Assembly (NCBI RefSeq): GCF_963921235.1
Contig: NC_086109.1
Coordinates: 22,508,001 to 22,572,000, forward strand
Source: Mobula hypostoma
Lineage: Eukaryota
DNA length: 64,000 nt
Direction of reading: 5' to 3'
The stretch's first letter is position 1. Each line of letters starts with the position of its first letter. Shown here piece after piece: positions 52,011-64,000 of the stretch. The notes beneath the pieces are model-generated. The model did no database searches. It saw nothing but the letters and a program-made list of their open reading frames with translations, and was not told the origin of the DNA. Position numbers and translations under genes: made by a program.

Positions 52011-52514
52011 AGTTGGATTGGGATGTAGAATTGTTATATATGTATGTAATTGTTCATTGAGTTTTCCAGTGGTTACAGTTGCCTCTGCGTTTTTTCTGGA
52101 AACTTCTTGGTTTCAGTGGTGGGTGTCACATTTTTCTTGAATCCTCTGTTTTATTGATTAACTGTTATCAATGGAATTTCTGGTAGCCATGGTCTGGTAT
52201 GAGAAGACAACTCTACTTTTGGCCTTTCTCTTTTCTTTGTCTCTCACCGTGCTTCTCTTTCTTTTCTCCTGCAACATTTATTAAAATGTCTGTAAGCAAC
52301 AAGTTTTATGCCTCTTTCTTGACCTCCAAAGAGCCTTTGAGTCACAGAAGTATCAGGATCCAACAGGCAACAGCAGATTCTTAGCTGGGTACCTTGGTCA
52401 GTTGGAATAGTTGAGGGGCAAAGGGCCTGTGTCAGTGATGTGTTGTTCCAGAAATCTATAATTCTATGTTACATTCTTCATCTCTCTCCAATCTGTCTTT
52501 ATCTTTGTTATCTA

Positions 52515-52683
52515 CACTCAGCGACCCCTTTATTAGTCACACCTGTACATCTGTTCATTAATGCAAATATCTAATTAGCCAATCAAGTGGCAGCAAGCCA
52601 ACGCATAAAAGCCTACAGGCATCGTCAAGAGGTTTAGTTGTTATTCAGGTGTGGGGGTACCTGATAAAGTGGCCACTGAGTGG
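52515..52683 (+). mobile_element. Short Tc1-type MITE, same family
   Basis: TA-CACTCAGCGACCCCTTTATTAG...CTGATAAAGTGGCCACTGAGTG. Confidence 0.7.
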
Positions 52684-53399
52684 AGTTCCTGCCCATCATA
52701 TTTGATCCTTGACCTTTAACAATCAAGATCAGGAAGCTTGCTTCACTGTCTTCTGCTTCCCACTCCAGATTCACACATTATATCACCTTAATCTTTTCTC
52801 CCGTGTGGGTACAAAGCAATGAAGATCACTCCCTGAGCCTCACCGAGCCATCTGGCCAATATCTGTTCACACATCACTGAAGGTGCACTAACAGCACCAA
52901 AAATCTGTTTCACTCATTTTCCTTCTTTGTATACCTACTGCAGAAATGTATAGTAGAACATGTACAGTACAATGTAACCAATCTATATAGTCCAACTAAT
53001 TCACTGGTCTTTCCAGATCATTTTCCTTTTACTGTCCCTCCACATGGGTTAAGTTGATTCAGTGCATCATTGCTCTTAAGTGAACTATTGACAAATATCC
53101 CTTGATGACACTATCATAACAAATTCTTTGTTTCTGCACTCAATAATTCAATGTTATATATTATTCCACCTAATAATGTTCTTTGTTAAACAGGTACAAA
53201 ATACTGGAGGAATTTAGCAAGTCAGGCAGCATCTTATAGAGGGTCTAAACAGTCAACGTTTTGGGCTGAGATCCTCCATCTGTCCCAGATGCTGCCTGAC
53301 TTGCTGAGTTCCTCCAGAATTTTGTGCTTCTTTCATAAGGTCTACGGCATCTCTATTCAGTTTGCTCTTCCTTGCTCTCGGGCTGACTAACAACTCGGG

Positions 53400-53570
53400 T
53401 CTCTCTTGTCAACACTTTGATCTCCCACTGGGTGTTGTTTCAAACTGTGCTTTCCTATCTGCTATTTTTAATGCCTGGCTAGTGTCAAACACCAATGTGA
53501 AATTCAGTGTCCTCTCTCTGAACAATCTCCTATGTGCACCAAGGATTCCAGAGACAGTGTGATCCCATAA
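53400..53570 (-). mobile_element. Gypsy gag-like remnant
   Basis: DHTVSGILGAHRRLFRERTLNFTLVFDTSQALKIADRKAQ resembles the gag DRLVCGI..QRRLL.E..LT..A motif. Confidence 0.4.
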
Positions 53571-53815
53571 CTTAAAATTGGTACCATCTCTTAGAGTTCA
53601 GCACAGAAACTCCTATCTGTTAAGAAGTCTACAACTGTGACTGACTCCAACTACTGTATTAAGGAAAGCCATTTAAGGCAATGCGCTGTTCAGATTGTCC
53701 TTTAAAGGTCTTATATCTTAGATTGACAGGAGTTAGCAGGGTTTTTATCAAGTTAACACACACAAAATGCTGTAGGAACTCATAAGGTCAGGCAGCATCA
53801 AAGGAGAGGAATGAG

Positions 53816-53853
53816 GAGTTGACGTTTCTGGCCGAGACACTTCATCAGGTCTG
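53816..53853 (-). ncRNA. Minimal type-I hammerhead ribozyme motif (Penelope-associated)
   Basis: - strand CAGAC CTGATGA AGTGTCTCGGCCA GAAAC GTC AACTC. Core CUGAUGA / GAAA / GUC intact, stems partly decayed. Confidence 0.6.
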
Positions 53854-55714
53854 GAGAGGCAGGAGAAAGAAGCCAGAATAAGAAGGTGGGGGTAAGGGGA
53901 AAGTGTACAAGCTAGGTGATAGGTGAAACCAGGTGAGGGGGAAGATAGGTGGGTTGGGGGGGGTGGAGATGAAGTGAGAAGGTGGGAAGTGATAGGTCAA
54001 AAAGGTAAAGGGCTGAAGAAGAAGGAATCTGATAGGAGAGGAGAGTGGACCATGAGAGTAAGGGAAGAAGGAGAAGTTCAAGTCATACATTCTAAATCTG
54101 AACAAAATGGATTCTTCTTTCCTTCTGCAATGTTATTTGCATTAAAGATGTGCTCTACCCTTTCCACACGTGCAACCATGACTTGGTCGTATCTAAAGCA
54201 CAGTCGTCTTGACTTTTATGATCCCTTAATAAAACTGATGTAAATTCAGAACACTGAATTAATAAATTATAACTTGGTTTCAGTTAGATACGTTGCTCAG
54301 GAGAAAAATAAGCTAGATCTGCCGAAAGGCAGAGAACCTTACTCCCAGAACCACTCCTAATCAGCTTTCTTTCATCTCCTTGCCGTTTATCACAGTAACA
54401 AGTTGCAGTGCATGCCAACATGAAATAAACACACTTAAGTTCAGAAGCTGGAAAGTGCTTTCACTCTATGAAGAGTCTTTATTATGTGTGTCTTCATCCA
54501 AGCATCAGAGGGAATTGAACAATAGGATTGCCAAAATTCTTTAAGGCTCTTAAAATCACCTTCAGGATATTACATCACTTTCTCTTTCAGAGTTGTTCCT
54601 CTCCATTGAAATGAATGGAGCCCATGGATCTGCAGCCAATTTCTCCTGATGGTGCTTGGTATCCGGTTTTCTACTGTAGCTGTTGTGAAACTGCTGGAAG
54701 TTAGTGCTCTGTTTCATGACTCTCTGGAATGTCCAGCACTGGAGCAGGGACCATTGAAGTGGTTTGGCATTCTCGTGAATAACTGCCGGAAATGATTCAA
54801 ATTGTCAGTCTGGTCCACATTCTGCAGTGACATAGTGGGGTCTAAATGCTGTATCGGACATGCATTTATATCTGCTCTCCAGAGCTTGATGGGCAAGTTT
54901 AGAAGACATGTAAAAATCATCTAACTTGTGCTGTATCTGTTGTGTAGGGGCTTAATAGGACAGAGCATATATTAATACCTTATATTAATACCTGACCTGT
55001 GCTACACCTGCCCTCTGAAATAGTAAGTTGCTCAGATGGCAATATGTTGTGGTATTTAAGAAATAAAGGCTCACTGGTGCCTTCTCAAGGGAACATGGAA
55101 GTGTGTAATGTATAAACAGAAGAGATTCTGCAGATGCTGGCAAGAGACAGTACACACACAAAATGCTGGAGGAGCTCAGCAGGTTAGGCCTCATCCATGG
55201 AATCGAAAAAAGAGTCACCATTTTGGGCTGAGACCCTTCATGAGGAACTGGTGAAAGGTCTTGGCCTGAAACATCTACACCTTATTCCTCTCCACAGATG
55301 CTGCCCGAACTGCTGAGTTCCTCCAGCCTTTTGAGTGAGCTAACGTGATAAAAACCTTGCTAGCTCCTATCAATCTAAGATATAAGAGCCTTAAGGAACT
55401 GGCTGAGCTACCTGAATGGCCCATTGTTAAATGGTTTTCCTTAATAGCTGGAATCAGTAGCAGTTGTAGACTTCTTAGCAGATAGGAGGCTCACTGCTGA
55501 ACTCACGAGTTGTGTGTACAATGTATATCAGTCTTGCCAGTGATTCCTTTACTGAAAGAATGAATTTTCACACAAAAAAATAGAAAGCAGTGGAGAAAGC
55601 TTAAGTTAAAAACAATTCTACTTTAAGAACCACAAGGGTTGTCATAGTTTCAATCAATTCCTGGCTGATCCGGGCTCACTCAAGTCACATAATGATTAGC
55701 AATGTTGAGAGTGG

Positions 55715-55945
55715 TGGATATGTGGAATGCTCTGCCCCAGAAGGCTGTGGAGGCCAAGTCTCTGGATGCTTTCAAGAAAGAGATGGATAGAGCTTTTAAA
55801 GATAGCGGAATCAAAGGTTATGGGGATAAAGCAGGAACTGGATACTGACTGTGGATGATCAGCCATGATCACAGTGAATGGCGGTGCTGGCTCGAAGGGC
55901 CGATTGGCCTACTCCTGCACCTATTGTCTATTGTCTATTGACTAG
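55715..55945 (+). mobile_element. Short young CR1 3' end
   Basis: WNALPQKAVEA...IKGYGDKAG with a (CTATTGT)n tail. Confidence 0.75.
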
Positions 55946-56239
55946 CCATTTCACCAGTTAGGCAAGTTATTCTCCAGAGAGGAGAAGTGTTGGGGCAGGA
56001 TTATTAATAACATTTGAAAATAGTCATATGAGTAAAAATGTATGTGTTATATGGTACACTTTAACCATTTATGCTCCTTACTGGTGCCATGTTTTATATG
56101 CATCTTCCTTAATCTAATGACCTACAGATGGTAACTCAATGTTCAATATTGAGCTGTCTAGAGGAAACTAAATGCTATATCATACCCATGCTGAATCTGT
56201 TCCTGGGCTGTTGAATGGATGAAATAAGTAATGTTTTAC

Positions 56240-56778
56240 TTTATAGACATACATCTGCTTGTTAATATAAATATTTAATCTGCCAATCATGTGGCAGCAA
56301 CTCAATACATAAAACCATGCAGATGTGGTCAAGAGGTTCAGTTGGTGTTCAGACCAAATGTCTGAATGGGGAAGAAATGTGATCTAAGTGACTTTGACTG
56401 TGGAATGATTGTTGGTGCCAGATGGGGTGGTTTGAGTATTTCAGAAACTGCCGATCCCCTGGGATTTTCAGAGAATGGTGCAGAAAACAAAAAAAAATCC
56501 AGTGAGTGGCAGTTTTGTGGGTAAAGAGACCTTGTTAATGAGAGAGGTGAGAGGAGAATAGCCAAATTGGTTGAAGCTGACAGAAAGGTGACAGTAATTC
56601 AAGTAACCATGTATTACTTGTATTACATGTATTACAGTGGCGTTCAGATCATCTCTGAATGCATAGCACATCAAACCTTGAAGTGGATAAGCTTCAGCAA
56701 CAGAAGACCACAAGCATACACTGAGTGGCTACTTATTAGGTGCAAGCGATGCCTAATAAACTGGCCACTAAGTGTATA
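56240..56778 (+). mobile_element. Tc1/mariner deletion derivative
   Basis: Transposase start MGKKCDLSDFDCGMIVGAR.GGLSISETADPLGFS. TIR-like CACTGAGTGGCTACTTTATTAGG / CCTAATAAACTGGCCACTAAGTG + TA. Confidence 0.8.
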
Positions 56779-56808
56779 TAACTCATATTTGCCCTGGGAG
56801 TTTTATTT

Positions 56809-56811
<3 letters not shown>

Positions 56812-56844
<33 letters not shown>
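56812..56844. repeat. (GATT)n microsatellite
   Basis: Read directly from the sequence. Confidence 0.9.
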
Positions 56845-56845
<1 letters not shown>

Positions 56846-58145
56846 GATAAAGTGCAGAATAGGCCCTTCTGGCCCTTCGCTCCACACTGCCCAGCAGCCC
56901 CCCAATTTAATCACAGGACAATTTACAATGACTGACTAATCTATGACTAATCTTTGGACTGTGAGGAAACTGGAGCACCATGAGGAGACCCATGCAGTCA
57001 CAGGGAAAATGTGCAAACTCCGTACTGGGATTGAACTGGGATTGCCTGAACTGCAAAGTGTTGTGGTAACCACTCCACTACCGCATTTGGGAGATTTACG
57101 TGGAGGAAACTTTACTCTGTTCCTACCCCATTCTGTACCTACCAAGGGGATGCATCACACTGACATGATGTCTAAGTGGAAGTGTTACCATGTGTGGAAC
57201 AAAATCCTAAACATAAACGAGGAGTTAAAAAAAAATTAAGGGACAGAAACGAGAAAAAATACTGCAATACCGGTTCATTCCCTTTGAGATCTGCAAAAGA
57301 ACAGCCTGCTCAGTGACGAATAATATGATTTCAAAGGCATTCCTTATTTATTAACACACCGTTAATTTACAAATAATATTTTGTGGAATCTACATAGGAG
57401 CTTGAACAACAGGTAAATTAATTACAAAATTTACAACTAGGTAAAATATAAAATCAAACACAAAGAGTTCAAACTTGCTGTTGTCAATATTCTACGAACA
57501 AGGATGAGATGGGGAAATGGGTGGAAGCGAGAGGCCTTCTGTGGCAAAAAGATTAATGACGGTTAAAAGGAATTACCTGTATTCAGGTTTCAGAGTGGCA
57601 GGCAGCTTCTGGGATTGAGGGGGTTGCAGAGATCCAAGGAAGTATGGGGATCAAGAAGTTTTCGGAGATCAATGGTTGTAGAGGTTAGCAAAGTTGCAAA
57701 GGTCCAGTGTCCAAGGCTACACAGAGGTCTTGTGCCAGTGTGGCAACAGTAAACAGCATGAATTATGCAGAATCAAAGGAGGTATGAAATTGAGAGATGG
57801 CTTGCTATCTCTTCACTGCTTTACTCTCTTCCACCACCCTCCCACAGTCAGTCACCATGAGCTGCCCATGTTCTTCATCCGTGGCAATGTAGTTACTTAA
57901 AATTAACTTGTGGTCATCCCTGAAAACTTACTGAGCTGCTGTAGTCCACGTGGTGAAAGGGCTTTGGGAACGCCACGGCCTGTACAATGTTCCTGGGCTC
58001 TTTCACCTTGGAATTACAAAAACAAACTTGAATGGTGGCAGTTGGGATGCTTTATACCTAGAAAATGAGAAGGCTGAAGGGCGATGTGGAAGTTGTGTAT
58101 GATAGATATTGAGAAGATAGAGGGTCAAAACTAAGTGTGATTATA

Positions 58146-58374
58146 CAGTACTGTACAAAGGTCTTAGGGAAAAGTGCCGAAGACTTTTGCACAGCACTGT
58201 ATAATATGTCTTTCCAGTTACCAAATAACACTTAGTGACACTAAGCTAATACAAAGTTAAGTACTCTAATTTCTGTTCCCCAACCACCTTCCTATTTTAA
58301 TCAATATACAGTATTATGCAAAAGTTTAGGGACCCTAGCTATACATTTGTTCTTAAGACTTTTGCACAGTACTG
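58146..58374. mobile_element. Two tiny TA-flanked Tc1-type MITEs (58146-58199 and 58309-58374)
   Basis: Each is little more than a pair of inverted CAGTACTGTGCAAAAGTCTTAGG-like ends flanked by TA. Confidence 0.65.
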
Positions 58375-59927
58375 TATATAATGAATCCACTACAAACATC
58401 AGAAGTAATTTCTCTGCGCAGAGATTTTTTTTAGAATATGGAAATCATTTCCATAGGGAATGGCTGGGGAGAATATTGCAACATGGGTGGACGGAAGGGA
58501 AAAGTAGAAAAGAATACAGTTGTGAAAGGGGAAAAAGAATATGCTGATAGGGTGAGATGGGTGTAGATCCTCCTGGATCATAAACTGGTCAGTTTCCATT
58601 CTGAAAATGCCATGTAATTTAGTGCCATAAAGCAAGGGAAGAGTCTCTTTGACCCAACTGGACCACGTGGACCAGGATACCTGAAGATTTAGTAATAATT
58701 AGTCTCAATGACTTTTGAATGATAAGACCACTAGACAGAGGAGCAGAACTAAGGCATTCAGCCCATCTTGTTTGTCTTGCTCCATTCTCGATGCCCCAAA
58801 ATTCTTCCCGGCGCTATCACATATGCCGGTGATAATAAACCTGATTCTGATTCTGAGAGAGAGTCGGGGATGACTTTGGGTTGGAAATGGTAGGAAGGTC
58901 ATCGATTCGTGTTTGCCGGGCACAGGTCATTGGGCAGGTCGCACAAGGAGGAACGACTCTTGCTTCCGGACACTGTGAGAGAAAGTAGGTCAGTTCTTTG
59001 AGATTCAGGAGTAGGAGTGTGGAAAGGAATTGCCCTGAGCAATAAAGGTAATGGGAGGAAGCTGAGTTTACAGTGACAGGTTTAGTGGAAAATGCCACCA
59101 ACTGGGAATGGCAGAAATCCCTTTCTGTAGGATAAAACCCTGCCCCACCCCACCAACACTCCAGGAGCTGGACTTCCTATTTTTGACACCAGGGGGGCAT
59201 AGGGTGTGAATGGGACATCAGGAGGATGTTTTTATAATCGTACATCTCCAGGCTTTCTGAAAAAACATCACCAAGTGCGGCATACTGCTTTAATCTTGTA
59301 TTGGAAGCAACAAATGCTGGAGAGATGAAGAGAAGAAAGAGGCAGAAAAGTGAACAGAGAAAAGGAAAAATAGAAATTAATGATTGGGTCAGCGGAGAGA
59401 ATCAATCTGAGTGAATGAAGTTCGTGATCAGGAACTCACTGATACCCAGAAGAATAAATGGAAGAGATAAGCCCAAATGCAGCAATCTGGTGGGTGTGTG
59501 CTGTGCTGCCAGTCAGTTCTGTTGTTGCAAGGCAACATTCCCAGAAACCAACATATAAAAAAGTGTCTGACAGCATCTCTCCTGTGATTTGAAATCTTGA
59601 CAGGATCCTTCTCAGAATGGACGAAAAAAAACATGCAGCAAGCGGTTAAAATTTTGGCAAGAAGGAGAAAATGAATATGAAATGGTAGAATGTGGGTTAG
59701 TGTGGGTCTCACCCAGGTGTGAGAGGCACTAGATTTACGTAACGTCTTTATATCCTTCCCCAATGGTAAGGTTTCATTTATTCAGCGAGGAGGGGAATGG
59801 AGGGAATTGGTGAGGCAGGTATCCAGATTCTCCTTCTTTTTCACTATTCATGCCGAGCGTTTCCCATGATAGCTTAACGCTGATCTAATGGCCAGCAGGT
59901 GACTATCCTTCATCTGTCAGTTTGTAG

Positions 59928-60482
59928 TCAGTGGCCACTTTACTGTACCTCCTCTACATAATAAAATGGCCACTGACTGTATGCTTGTGGTCTGTTGTTG
60001 TAGCCCATACAGTTCAAGGTTCGACTTGTTGTTCGTTCAGAGGTGCTGTTCTGTACACCATTATAGTAACGCGTGGTTATTTGAATTACTCTCACTCTTC
60101 TGCCAGCTTGAACTAATCTGGCCGTTCTCCTCTGATCTCTCTCATTAACAAGGTGTTTTCACCCACAGAATGGCCGCTCACTGGAAATCTTCTTGTTTTG
60201 TTTTTGCACCATTCCCTGTAAACTCTAGAAACTGTTGTGCCTGAAAATCCCAAGAGATTTCTCAGATACTCAAACCATCCCGTCAGGCACCAACAATCAT
60301 TCCACAGTCAGTGTTACTTAGATCGTATTTCTTCCTCATTCTGATGTTTGGTTTGAATAACAACTGAACCTCCTGACCATGTCTGCATACCTTTATGCAT
60401 TGAGTTGCTGCCACATGATTGGCTGATTAGGTATTTGCGTTAGCAGGCAGGTGTACCTAATAAAGTGGCCACTGAATGTGTA
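59928..60482 (-). mobile_element. Tc1/mariner deletion derivative, same family
   Basis: TIRs CAGTGGCCACTTTA...TAAAGTGGCCACTG. Internal sequence is the reverse complement of 56240-56778. Confidence 0.8.
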
Positions 60483-61249
60483 TCCTGGGTACCATCAGCA
60501 GCACAAAATCTGAGGGCAGATATGATGAAGTAGAGGTGTTCAGAATCATAAAAGAAAAAAAATAATGAAAACTAGATTCTCTTGGCATTGGTAACGAGAG
60601 AATACAGATTGGAAGTGATTAAAAAGAGCCAGCGGTGATGTGAGAAAGTACTTTTTGTTGCACGGTGAATTGCTGTGAAAAGCACTGCCTGAAAGGATAG
60701 AGGAAGCATATTAAATCAATGTTTCACCATAAAATTTGACAAATGCTTGAAGAATAAATCACCACCGAGCTTTGGGGAAACAGCAGTGTGTGGGATTAAG
60801 TGGACAATTTGACTAAAGAGCTAGCACAGGCCTGATAGGTCAAATGGCCACCTTCTGAGCTATGACTTTTTATAACTGGTTCATGTGACTTTCACCCAAG
60901 TGAACTAGGATCGACTTCAAGATGAAGTGGCTTAAGCAGAGGGTCATCCTCCACCACTTTTTCAAGGAAAGGAAGGGGAACCAGTGACTGACAGTAAGCA
61001 CTTTGCTATGAACCCAACAGCTTCAAATAGTGATCTGTGACCAGGACCTATTACCCCTGTTTGCTTTCCTGTATTCTTCACTCCAACGTGTTTGATGCAT
61101 TAATAGGGCATGGAAACTTTGGCCCCAAACAAAGAATAGAGGCAGAAACTCAACCAAAAATTATGGACTTGGGATTTTTAACTTTTTATTAAGCCAGTGA
61201 CATTGGAAACAAGGAAGCCTACCCACTAGACCCATTGAATACCAGGAGC

Positions 61250-61915
61250 AGCAGGCTATCAAGAAGGCAGATGGAATGTTGGTCTTCAATGCTAGAGGGA
61301 CTGAATTTAAGAGCACAGGGATTACGCTGCAACTGTGCAGGGTATTGGTGAGACTGCATTTGGAGTTCTATGTGCAGTTCTGGTCTCCTTACTTGAGGAA
61401 GGATATACTGGCTTTGGAGGCGGTGCAGAGGAGGTTCACCAGGTTGATTCCAGAGGTGAGGGAGTTAGACTATGAGGAGAAATTGAGTCACCTGGGACTG
61501 TACTCGCTGAAATTCAGAAGGATGAGAGGAAATCTTACCGAAACATATTAAAATTATGAAAGGGACAGATAAGGTAGAGGCAGGAAAGTTGTTTCCACTG
61601 GTAAGTGAGACTAGAACTAGGGGACACACCCTCAAGATTCAGGGGAGTAAATTTAGGATGGAGATGAGGGGGAACTGCTTTTCCCAAAGAGTGATGAATC
61701 TGTGGAATTATCTGCCCAATAAAGCAGTGGAGGCAAGCGTTTGTATATTTAAGACAAGGTTGGATAGATTTTTGCACAGTAGGAGAATTAAGGGTTATGG
61801 GGAAAAGGCAGGTAGGTGGAGATGAGTCCATGGTCAGATCAGCCATGATTTTATTGAATGGTAGAGCAGGTTCAATGAGCTGGATAGTCTACTCCTGCTC
61901 CTCTTATGTTCTTAG
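61250..61915 (+). mobile_element. CR1 3' fragment
   Basis: LVRLHLEFYVQFWSPYLRKDILALEAVQRRFTRLIP...IKGYGEKAG. Confidence 0.85.
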
Positions 61916-63413
61916 GTTAAAATATTTGATGACCTGTTTGACCCTTTCTATATCTAGCTTCCCACAATGGAGAAAGCGACCATTGAACCAGCGAATTTCT
62001 CCGCACCATGCTTTTATTTGGCATTTGAGCAGCATCATTGGTCACCCAGATGGTGTTTGTGGAAACTGGATAAAGTGCGAGAACATCAGTTACAAGTTTC
62101 ACAGAATAATGTTGCCAAGGTTCCCAGTGCTCTGCTGTGCTGAAACTCGCCTTCTCATTCTCAGGACAGTGTTCCCTATGGAATGGGAAGGTCTTTTAGT
62201 CCTTAGCATTAAGCACATTAGCTCTGATTGTTGGATCCCATTCTTTTACGGACATTCTGCAATACAAGCAAAGTTTGCTCAGTTTCAGGGGTAAAGAGAC
62301 ACCAAATGTTGCATTACGGGAGAGAATTCCCAGAGTTCAATGATAAATGGAGAAGCTGGTAAATGACATGTATATTTTGGGCCATCGAGACACTCCTAAG
62401 TGAGGTCCAAAGACCCGAAGCAGGAGGTTACAAGAATGTGAGTGCTACCTTTGAAATCCTCCACTTTGGGCAACCCTGTCATGCCCTCTCGGCATGATCT
62501 TGTGGGCTGAAGAGATAGCCACTCTCTGAGTATGAAATTGTATGACCTCACCATTGAAGCAGTGTGCAGAGAAGTAAGATGTGACAAAGATGATCAGAAG
62601 TGGCCTGGAGTGATCCTGAGGCTGGGAAACTGATCTCCATTGGGAAATCAATCAAGGCTGCATTTGAAGTCCTGGAGGTTACAACCCTCTATGAGAAAAA
62701 AAGTATGCAGTTTGAGTGTTGGCCCTTTAAGTAACACCATTTCAACAGAAATAGTTTAGTAATACCAGGCTCTTCTTGAATAAATGGATTCATTTTCCAG
62801 ACTACAGAAAGTATCTGGATTTTGACCACAGCTGAATTTTGTTGCTGTACTATTGGTATCATTTGGGTGAACCTTATATTGGAAAAAAAAGTGTGAGGGA
62901 GAACAAAAACCCCACTGAGGAATGAGGAAGGGAAATTTTGCAAAGGCATTAAAACACTCAGAAATGTGTGCCACTTTGATCAACGCTGGGTTAACTTAGT
63001 TTTCGACAGTGGAACACCATTGTTTGGAATTATATGATTAGCGTTTAGTGCTAGGTCCTGTCAGTTCATTAGACACCAGTGGAAGGGCACCACAATCAAA
63101 TCTAACTTTTTGGTCCTCGGCGGTGAAATGAGGCAGGAGCGGGAGGATGAGGTGTCTGATGCAGGTAGTGGAACGATTGGTAACTGGTTTTGATGGGCCT
63201 GGAATGCTATTTAGGACTAAAATTAATGGTTAAGTTTGCTCCATTCTAACCCAGGGCCACTGTACGAAACTATAGCTATTTTAGTGCTATACCCCTGAGA
63301 TCAGCTGATTCAGCTGGGAAAGGTTGTTTTTCACCTCAGTCGGAGAAAATGCCACTGGGGAGATGGAGGTGGAGTTGTTGATTTTCTGGACCTTGGCATA
63401 AATATCTGTGCTG

Positions 63414-63425
63414 TGTGACGTCACA
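63414..63425. promoter_or_regulatory. Full palindromic CRE
   Basis: TGTGACGTCACA containing TGACGTCA. Confidence 0.4.
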
Positions 63426-64000
63426 TGCTGGAAAACAGCGTACACACGAACAATGACATGAAATCATCAAAAGCCACTGAATATTTTCATGAAGAAAACT
63501 ATTAATTGTCCATTGTTGTCATTAATATTTTAGAGAAGGTTCATTTTCATAAACAGTTCTTATTAAATATTGGTAACAATAGGAAAAAATCACCATAATG
63601 TATCACTGCGGACAATTATTTCAGAATAAATATCCACATTCTCTTAATCTGAACACCACTTTAAACAAGGTAATCCTTAATCACATCATATCTGGCACAA
63701 GGTGTGTACATAAAATAAACTGTGTGGTTGAATTTCAAAACCTCAGAGCACGCAACTATAAACTTGGAGCTGATGGATGGAGTCCAGTCTTCCAAGATCC
63801 ACATGTCCTGCTCTGAATCTTACACCTTTAAGTCTTTGAGATCTTTAGAATTCTTTAATATTTCTCCTGCCAAATTTGTGACTCCAAAAAAATAAATAAT
63901 TCAACCATTTATTTTTTGGCTTATCGCTGTATCGTTACAGATCCTCCTACTGCACGGAATAGTGGGCATTTAACCTACGCGCTTTCAATTGAAGGGGTTC

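Noticed and set aside
19940..52268. Similarity between purine-rich stretches at about 19945-19985 and 52225-52268, suggesting paralogous exons
   Set aside because: Low-complexity A/G sequence, and the similarity does not extend further.
1..64000. CRISPR arrays, rRNA or prokaryotic operon-type systems
   Set aside because: No regularly spaced repeat-spacer arrays or rRNA-like sequence. The window is eukaryotic repeat-rich DNA.

Overview
Repeat-dense vertebrate genomic DNA. The mix of CR1 and Rex1/Babar LINEs, V-SINEs, Penelope-type tails and Tc1 MITEs suggests a cartilaginous fish such as a ray or shark (inference). Host genes I can support: (1) the first coding exon of a PEST-family tyrosine phosphatase (PTPN22-like, - strand, 7467-7378) in a CpG-rich zone; (2) an intact, intronless, CpG-rich acrosin/PRSS-like S1 serine protease (+ strand, 25404-26513) with atypical activation and oxyanion-hole residues. 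There is also a weaker chain of - strand exon candidates (34.9-23.2 kb) next to a perfect RFX X-box. Main mobile elements: a young CR1 with nearly intact ORF2 nested in a Rex1-type tail (about 14075-17217); a full-length but decayed CsRn1/Kabuki-type Gypsy element (42200-46601) with 290-bp LTRs, GACT TSD, tRNA-Trp PBS and a GGGAAAC -1 frameshift signal; a solo LTR (29241-30081); and many Penelope-associated minimal hammerhead-ribozyme motifs, some in head-to-head inverted pairs. Family calls come from motif recognition only, with no database search. Boundaries of old repeats are approximate.
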